Shown here piece after piece: positions 49,461 to 64,000 of a stretch of DNA of 64,000 nt; position 1 is the first letter of the stretch; each line of letters begins with the position of its first letter. The translations under genes and the position numbers were made by a program. Under the pieces are notes generated by a model. That model saw nothing but the letters and a program-made list of their open reading frames with translations. It ran no database searches and was not told where the DNA came from. The stretch is from an uncultured Chloroflexia bacterium (lineage in GTDB: Bacteria > Chloroflexota > Limnocylindria > Limnocylindrales > CSP1-4). Where the stretch lies: the NCBI GenBank assembly GCA_963700245.1, contig CAVOWV010000015.1, positions 128,339 to 192,338 on the forward strand, written 5' to 3'.

Positions 49461-49479
49461 CCACCCCAGCGCAAGCCGG

Positions 49480-50082
49480 TCAGCCGCCGGTCTGTTCCAC
49501 CTGTGGAGCCCCGCCCGTGACGAAGTAGACCGCCAGCGCACCCAGCTCATGGGCGATCGCCTGGACCCGGCGCAACGGGTCCGCCTGGATGGGCGACGTG
49601 GGCGTGGGCGACCCGTAGGCATCGATCCCCATGTCGTCGGCGATCCGCAGCACCCGCAGCATGTGGGTCGGATCCGAGACGAAGACGGCGCTGTCCATGT
49701 CCCTTGCCCGCAGCTCAGCGGCCACGGCCGACAGGGAGCTCAGGGTGTTGTGCGCCTGGTCCTCGCCGAAGATGGCCTCGGCCGGGACGCCGTTCGCGAT
49801 GGCGTACTCGCGGGCGACCGCTGCCTCGGTGGTGCGATCGCCGGGCAGCTTGCCGCCGGTGACCACGAAGGCGCTGGCGAGGCCCTGGTGCCAGAGCGCG
49901 ACGGCATGCTCGAGGCGGGCCTCGAACACCGGCGATGGCCGGCCGTCGTACTGGGCGGCGCCAAGCACGACGATGGCATCGGCGGGGCGCTGCTCGTCGC
50001 TGCCGCCCTGGCGCAGGATCTGGAGGGTCGCGGCACCGGCCGCGACGACGACCGCCAGGCCGCCAATCAGGAAGAGGCGCAC
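49480..50082 (-). CDS. YdcF/ElyC-family (DUF218) protein with N-terminal TM
   Basis: ...ADAIVVLGAAQYDGRPSPVFEARLEHAVALWHQG...VVTGGK...VFVSDPTHMLR.... Start placed at GTG 50082 so as not to overlap secA (the track ORF extends to 50154). Confidence 0.7.
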   Translation of the reverse strand: MRLFLIGGLAVVVAAGAATLQILRQGGSDEQRPADAIVVLGAAQYDGRPSPVFEARLEHAVALWHQGLASAFVVTGGKLPGDRTTEAAVAREYAIANGVPAEAIFGEDQAHNTLSSLSAVAAELRARDMDSAVFVSDPTHMLRVLRIADDMGIDAYGSPTPTSPIQADPLRRVQAIAHELGALAVYFVTGGAPQVEQTGG

Positions 50083-50105
50083 GAGGTCCCCGGTCCGGTC
50101 GCGGG

Positions 50106-53115
<3,010 letters not shown>

Positions 53116-53185
53116 GGCCGGCTGAGTATAGGGTGACGACGCGCGAGGACCCGGATTCGCACGCCGGACGCGGCCTCGGGCGGCC

Positions 53186-53512
53186 TCAGGGGCTGGGTGC
53201 GATCTCCGTGCCGGAGTCGGCCTCGGGCACCACGAGGTCACCGGGAAGCGGCTTGAAGGCGGGGTCGGGGATGGCGACGCCGTCCGCATCGCGATCGACG
53301 ACGAACGGGGCCACCTCGACCGCCGGTGCCGGCATCGGGACGACCACCCCACCGCCCCAGGCGTCCTTGACCCAGGGCCCGCCGTTCACGCCGTTCCAGC
53401 CCGCGGCCACGCGTGTGCCCTGGGGGAAGGCGATCGCCGTCAGCGCCGCAAGCGCGAACACGAGGGCGGTGCCGCCGCCGAGGATGCCGGTGCAGACCAG
53501 GATCCGCTTCAT
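53186..53512 (-). CDS. Small secreted/envelope protein (signal peptide)
   Basis: 108 aa. [37 protein letters not shown], then a Gly/Trp/Pro-rich region. High GC3. Confidence 0.5.
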   Translation of the reverse strand: MKRILVCTGILGGGTALVFALAALTAIAFPQGTRVAAGWNGVNGGPWVKDAWGGGVVVPMPAPAVEVAPFVVDRDADGVAIPDPAFKPLPGDLVVPEADSGTEIAPSP

Positions 53513-53558
53513 GGTGCTCCCCGGACGCCGTCCGCGGCGATCAGGTTCCCCTCGGGCT

Positions 53559-53822
53559 TCAGCCTCCGCCGAGGCTCCACAGGCCCGATGCGTAGCCGGC
53601 GACGATCAGCCCGAAGGTGATGGCGCCCAGGACCACCCAGAACGCCACCGACCGCGCCGTCGAGGTTGGGTTCATCTCGGGGTTCGCGAGCTCCGGCAGA
53701 CGGCCGCCTCGCAACGCCGCGCCCCAGCGCGGGGAGCGGAGGGTGGACCGGTAGTTCTGCTCGGTCCCGGCCCGGACTTCGAGGCCGCCCTTGCCGTCGG
53801 GGCGATGGAGCTGCAGGCTCAT
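53559..53822 (-). CDS. Small tail-anchored membrane protein
   Basis: 87 aa. GGAGA SD. Single C-terminal TM FWVVLGAITFGLIVAGYA. High GC3. Confidence 0.45.
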   Translation of the reverse strand: MSLQLHRPDGKGGLEVRAGTEQNYRSTLRSPRWGAALRGGRLPELANPEMNPTSTARSVAFWVVLGAITFGLIVAGYASGLWSLGGG

Positions 53823-53859
53823 GGGTCTCCGTGTGCTCGCGGGGTCAGGCGCCCGCCGG

Positions 53860-54941
53860 TCAGGCGCCCGCCGGCGTGATCAGGGGTGATGGTACGTCGT
53901 CGCCTTCGCCCTGTGGAGCCATCACGCCCACGCCGTCCTCCCACAGGAGCATCTCCTCGGTGAACGACAGCTCGGACGAGAACAGGGCGCCCACCGACTC
54001 CCCGCGGTGGATCCGCTTGATCGCCTCGCCGATCAGCGGGGCGACCGAGAGGACCTTGATCCGGGGGATGTGCTTGTCCGCGGGGAGCGGGATGGTGTCG
54101 GTGATGACCACCTCGGCCAGGTTGGAGCTCGCGATCCGGTCGATGGCCGGGTCGGACAGGACGCCGTGCGTGGCGCAGGCGTAGATGTCCCTGACGCCCT
54201 CCTTCTCGAGGGCCCGGGTGATCTCGATCAGGGTGCCGGCGGTGTCGATCTCGTCGTCCACGATGATCACGCGCCGGCCGTGGACCTCGCCGATGACGTT
54301 GACGACCTCGGCCCGGTCCAGGTTGCCGTGCCGCCGCTTCTCCACGATGGCCAGGGGCGCGTCGAGCAGCTCGGCGAACGCCCGGGCGCGCTTGGCGAAG
54401 CCGAGGTCCGTGACGACGACGCAGTCCTGGAGGTCGCGTTCGATGAAGTAGCGGCTCAGCAGGTGGACCGCCGTGAGCTCGTCGACCGGGATGTTGAAGA
54501 AGCCCTGGATCTGGCCCTGGTGGAGGTCCATGGTCAGCATCCGGTCCGCGCCGGCCACGGTGATCATGTCCGCGACGAGGCGGGCCGTGATCGGGACGCG
54601 CGGCTGGTCCTTCTTGTCGGAGCGGCCGTAGGCGTAGTACGGCACGACGGCCGTGATCCGCCCGGCGGACGCCCGCTTGAAGGCGTCGATCATGATCAGG
54701 AGCTCCATGATCGACTGGTTGACGGGACGGCAGGTCGGCTGGACGAGGAAGATGTCCTTCTCGCGGACGTTGTCCAGGATGCGGACGAAGATGTTCTCGT
54801 TCGCGAACTCGAACACCTCGGCGCGTCCGGGCTCGGACGCAAGCCAATGCGCGATCTTCCGGGCCAGCTCCGGGTTGGCGTTGCCGTGGTAGATCTCGTA
54901 CTGGTCCGCGTACACCTCGGCCTCCCTGGCGCCGAAGGGGG

Positions 54942-54945
<4 letters not shown>
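53860..54945 (-). CDS. prs: Ribose-phosphate pyrophosphokinase
   Basis: 361 aa. [24 protein letters not shown] and [16 protein letters not shown]-binding loop. The ATG overlaps the gyrA stop (ATGA). Confidence 0.93.
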
Positions 54946-57518
<2,573 letters not shown>

Positions 57519-58442
57519 GTGGTGGATCTCCTCCGGGGATCAGCGGGCTCGGGTCAGGTGCGGTCGATGATGGCTCGCTCGGCCGGCGGGACCGCCAGCC
57601 CGTAGGCGAGGAAGTCGGCGGCTCGCGCCGCGGCTCGGGACGTCGAGGGGGCGCCGGGGCGCCTGCGGATGCCGCTGAGGGCGTTCCGCAGCTCCGCCGC
57701 GAGCGGCGCGGGCAGCTTCTCGCACGTGTCGCGGATCACCCACGCGCGATAGCCGTCGTCGGTCGCGCGGGCCGTTCGGGTCTCGGCCCGCAGGAAGGCG
57801 GCCGTTGCCGCCAGGTCCACCGAGGCGAGGGTCCGCAGCGCCCAGGAGAGCGCCTTCTGGACGTCGGGCTCGGGGTCGCCGATGAGGTCGTCCACGATGG
57901 CCAGGCCGCGACGGACAACCTCGGGGGTGCGGCCGGCGGTCCGGTTCGTGTGCGGGATCGTCGCGATCGTGGAGCCGGCGAGGCGTCGCTCCCAGCGCGA
58001 CGGCGAGTAGACGAGCTGCTCCAGCTCCGCCCAGCGGTACGGCTCGCCGAGGACTCCTCGGGCCGCGACGTGCGCCAGGGTGTCCACGCAGATCCAGTTC
58101 CCGGCCGACCGGCCCTCGGCCCGCACCAGCTGCCAGGTGCGCTCCGGCTCATCTGCGATCGTCCGCTCGAGGAGGCCGTACGCGATCCAGTGGAGCTCCA
58201 GCAGCGGGTCGCGGACCAGGTGTCCGGCGACGTCGAGGAGGCTCGTGGGACGGTCACGGCGGGTCGCGGCCCGCAGGCCTCCCGTCACGGCGTGCAGCAG
58301 CGGCTGGCGGACGCCGAGGACGGGTCCGATGCCTGGGGCGACGTGGTGGATCCCGGCCAGGTACTCGGGGTCGGCGAGCGCCTCGAGTCCGGCGCGCAAC
58401 GTGGCCACGAGCGTCGCGGGATCGTGGATGAGGTCTCCCGCC

Positions 58443-61903
<3,461 letters not shown>

Positions 61904-61907
<4 letters not shown>

Positions 61908-62701
61908 GCGACGGCCCCCGCATAGGCGGCGCTACCTGGCCCGCGGCGCGCCCGGAGCTCCACGGCGAGTGCGCGATACGCCTCCGCGCCCTTGGACTCC
62001 GGCCGGTAGAGAGCGATCGGCAGGCCGTGGCTCGGGGCCTCCGAGAGTCGGACGCTGCGCGGGACGATCGTGTGGAACACGGCATCGCCCAGGTGGCGTC
62101 GCACCTCGTCCGCGACCTCGGCGGAGAGGTTGGTGCGGGCATCGAACATCGTGAGCAGGACCCCCGAGATCGCGAGGTCCGGGTTGAGGTGGTCCCGGAC
62201 GAGGTTGATGGTGGCGATCAGTTGCGTCAGGCCCTCCAGCGCGTAGTACTCGCACTGGATGGGGATGAGCACGGCGTCCGTGCCGGTGAGCGCGTTCACG
62301 GTCAGGAGGCCCAGTGACGGCGGACAGTCCACCAGGACCCAGTCCCAGGCCTCGCGCTCCGAGGTGATCGCGCGCCCGAGACGGCGCTCGCGACCCGCCT
62401 CGCTGGCGAGCTCGATCTCGATGCCGGCAAGCGAGATCGACGATGGGACGATGCGCAGCCGCTCCACCGGGGTCGCCACGTGCAGCCCCGCGAGCGGACG
62501 ACCATCCACGAGCGCGTCGTAGACGGAACCGTCGAGCGAGGCGCGATCGACCCCGAAGCCGCTCGTGGCGTTGCCCTGGGGGTCGAGGTCGATGACGAGG
62601 ACGCGGTCACCGAGGAGAGCCAGATAGGTTGCGAGATTGACCACGGTCGTGGTCTTCCCGACGCCGCCCTTCTGATTGGTGCAGGCGATCGTCTGGCCCA
62701 C
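61904..62701 (-). CDS. parA: Chromosome partitioning ATPase ParA/Soj
   Basis: 265 aa. Deviant Walker A NQKGGVGKTT, and DLDPQGNATSG. GGAGG SD before GTG 62701. Confidence 0.93.
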
Positions 62702-62831
62702 TCAGCCTCCACTCCGAAGCAAGATCATGAACACGAATTCTAGCATCGAGGCCCCCTTGACCGGGTTCGGGGCGGATCGTCGCGAGCCGCCGGATGATCA
62801 TGGCGGGCCGCCCTTATCTGCCGCTCAACGA

Positions 62832-62847
62832 TGTTTCACGTGAAGCA
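62832..62847. other. parS: parS centromere-like ParB-binding site (1 mismatch to consensus)
   Basis: TGTTTCACGTGAAGCA compared with the consensus TGTTTCACGTGAAACA. 131 nt upstream of parA. Confidence 0.85.
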
Positions 62848-62894
62848 GCCCCCCGTTGCTGCCGGGTGGCTGGCAGAGCCCGTGCCAGGCGGCC

Positions 62895-62972
62895 GGCGGA
62901 GTCGCCGCCGGGCGGCTGGGCGGGTTGCTGGCGGGCGGTTGGCGGAGTCGCCCCCGGGCGGTTGGGCGGTTG
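62895..62972. repeat. Two ~33-bp G-rich direct repeats (period 46 nt) between the parS sites
   Basis: GGCGGAGTCGCCGCCGGGCGGCTGGGCGGGTTG (62895-62927) and GGCGGAGTCGCCCCCGGGCGGTTGGGCGGTTG (62941-62972). The second runs directly into parS-2. Confidence 0.75.
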
Positions 62973-62986
62973 TTTCACGTGCAACA
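62971..62986. other. parS: parS centromere-like ParB-binding site (1 mismatch to consensus)
   Basis: TGTTTCACGTGCAACA compared with the consensus TGTTTCACGTGAAACA. Confidence 0.85.
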
Positions 62987-63164
62987 GTGCGGCTGCCTGC
63001 CGCGGTCGTGCATCGATCGCATCCCCGCGTTGCCCATCTGCACGATTGCCCGTTGTCGGGGGCCGTGGGATACTTCTGGCCGCGCTAGCTGTCACCCCGT
63101 CGTCGCGGTCGTCACCGTCCTTGCACCCGACCGTCGGCTTGTCAGCCGAGGATCGAACGCCTAC

Positions 63165-63665
63165 ATGCAACTTGTCATTGCCGCGGCACTGGCCGTGGTG
63201 ACCGCGCTAGCGGAATTCACGATCGCTCCGTACCTGAAGATCGGCGACGCCGTTCTTCAACCGGTCCTGGTCTTCGGTGTCATCTGGACCATCGCCGGTG
63301 GGCTCGAAGCGGGCCTCGTCTGGGCATTCGTCGGAGGCCTCGCCCTGGACATCCTGGGGCAGCGACCCCTCGGGTCCTCGGCATTCGCGATGCTCGTGGC
63401 CATCGGTCTCGCGTCCGTCATCGGTGGCCTCCTGAGCAGGGTCAGACTCATCGCCCCAGTCATCGCCACCGCCATCGTCAGTCCGGTCTACTCAATGCTG
63501 TTGCTGGTCTCGATCACCGCGCTGTCCTCCGCGCCGCTGTCCTCGGCCGCGTTCGACTCCGTCCTCCCGACGGCGATCTACAACACGGTGCTCGCGGCGC
63601 TCGTTGGACCCCTGACCGTCGCGATCGTCATGCGGCGCCAGGCCGCGGAGCGGATGGACTGGTGA
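63165..63665 (+). CDS. mreD: Rod shape-determining protein MreD
   Basis: 166 aa, five hydrophobic helices (MQLVIAAALAVVTALAEFTIAPYL...). Lies immediately upstream of, and overlapping, a PBP2 gene. The call rests mainly on context and topology. Confidence 0.7.
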   Translation: MQLVIAAALAVVTALAEFTIAPYLKIGDAVLQPVLVFGVIWTIAGGLEAGLVWAFVGGLALDILGQRPLGSSAFAMLVAIGLASVIGGLLSRVRLIAPVIATAIVSPVYSMLLLVSITALSSAPLSSAAFDSVLPTAIYNTVLAALVGPLTVAIVMRRQAAERMDW

Positions 63666-64000
63666 ACGACTCGCTGATCACGCCCAACCGCGAGCGCGAC
63701 CGCCGTCCAATCCGGTTCCTGGTCTTCGGGATCGTGGCGATCCTGGCCTTCGGGACGCTGACGACCCGCCTGGCCTACCTGCAGATCACGAACAGCGATG
63801 TTGCCGTCGCCCGCGCCGAGGCGCAGCGGACCGACGATCAGCCGGTTGCGGCCACCCGTGGCCTGATCTTCGACCGGCAGGGTCGTCCACTCGTCAACAA
63901 CGTCGCCACGTGGGCCGTCAAGATCACGCCGTCCGACCTGCCGTTCTCCGAGCGGGAAGACGTCACCCAGCGCCTCGCCCACCTGCTCGGCATGGAGGCG
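63662..64000 (+). CDS. mrdA: Penicillin-binding protein 2 (elongasome transpeptidase), N-terminal part; continues beyond window
   Basis: VNDSLITPNRERDRRPIRFLVFGIVAILAFGTLTTRLAYLQI...ATRGLIFDRQGRPLVNN... is the typical PBP2 N-terminal TM plus dimerisation-domain start. The GTG overlaps the mreD stop. Confidence 0.8.
   Translation, partial: MNDSLITPNRERDRRPIRFLVFGIVAILAFGTLTTRLAYLQITNSDVAVARAEAQRTDDQPVAATRGLIFDRQGRPLVNNVATWAVKITPSDLPFSEREDVTQRLAHLLGMEA

Noticed and set aside
62831-63088. Track ORF 62831..63088 (+) starting exactly at parS-1
   Set aside because: The ATG is part of the parS palindrome context, and the translation is Arg/Gly/Pro-rich repeat sequence derived from the direct repeats. 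There is no SD.
62702-63164. oriC in the parA-mreD spacer
   Set aside because: It contains parS sites, but I found no DnaA-box-like 9-mers or AT-rich unwinding element. oriC is more likely next to dnaA, outside or at the left edge of the window.

Overview
GC-rich (about 70% G+C by eye) bacterial chromosomal segment, origin-proximal and mostly housekeeping. All calls come from reading the sequence and the ORF track by eye. No database search was run.

Gene content, left to right:
- dnaA (partial, minus) lies divergent from rpmH-rnpA-yidD-yidC-jag.
- An accessory stretch follows: VanW protein, GH13 glucosidase, LysE exporter, HAD hydrolase coupled to a P1B-5-type ATPase with a C-terminal hemerythrin domain, and a Gfo/GH125 pair.
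- Next come several uncharacterised membrane proteins, then a small ars cluster: arsR plus a membrane protein, divergent from a micro-ORF, arsM and an arsN2-like gene.
- Three alpha/beta hydrolases, a DUF1028 protein, an M13 peptidase and a PspC/LiaF-like pair follow.
- An 8.7 kb kdp operon has KdpD split into two genes at opposite ends, plus extra small genes inserted before kdpF.
- Then a DinB-family gene, tmRNA (ssrA), an acyl-ACP desaturase, a decayed interval (serpin fragment, duplicated desaturase 3' end, multiply frameshifted proline-racemase-family gene, flavodoxin fragment) and smpB.
- ctp, ftsX, ftsE, a GNAT and prfB follow. prfB has the classical programmed +1 frameshift.
- An unrecognised 74-aa Cys-rich ORF is start/stop-coupled to prfB.
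- Then a YdcF-like gene, secA, two small envelope proteins, and an apparent parA-parB-gyrB-paaI-alkD-gyrA-prs operon.
- Two near-consensus parS sites lie upstream of parA, followed by mreD and mrdA (partial).

The secA...prfB...ftsEX-ctp...smpB-ssrA order resembles the Terrabacteria (Actinomycetota/Bacillota-like) arrangement.

Main caveat: at least 16 single-nucleotide frame disruptions interrupt otherwise well-conserved genes, including essential secA. Assembly indel errors therefore seem more likely than gene decay, except in the smpB-ssrA interval. No rRNA, tRNA, CRISPR array, transposase or integrase was seen.

Most unusual items:
- the Cys-rich ORF coupled to prfB;
- the rearranged kdp operon;
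- the desaturase 3'-end duplication bracketing a serpin fragment;
- the micro-ORF ahead of arsM;
- the parS pair separated by direct repeats.
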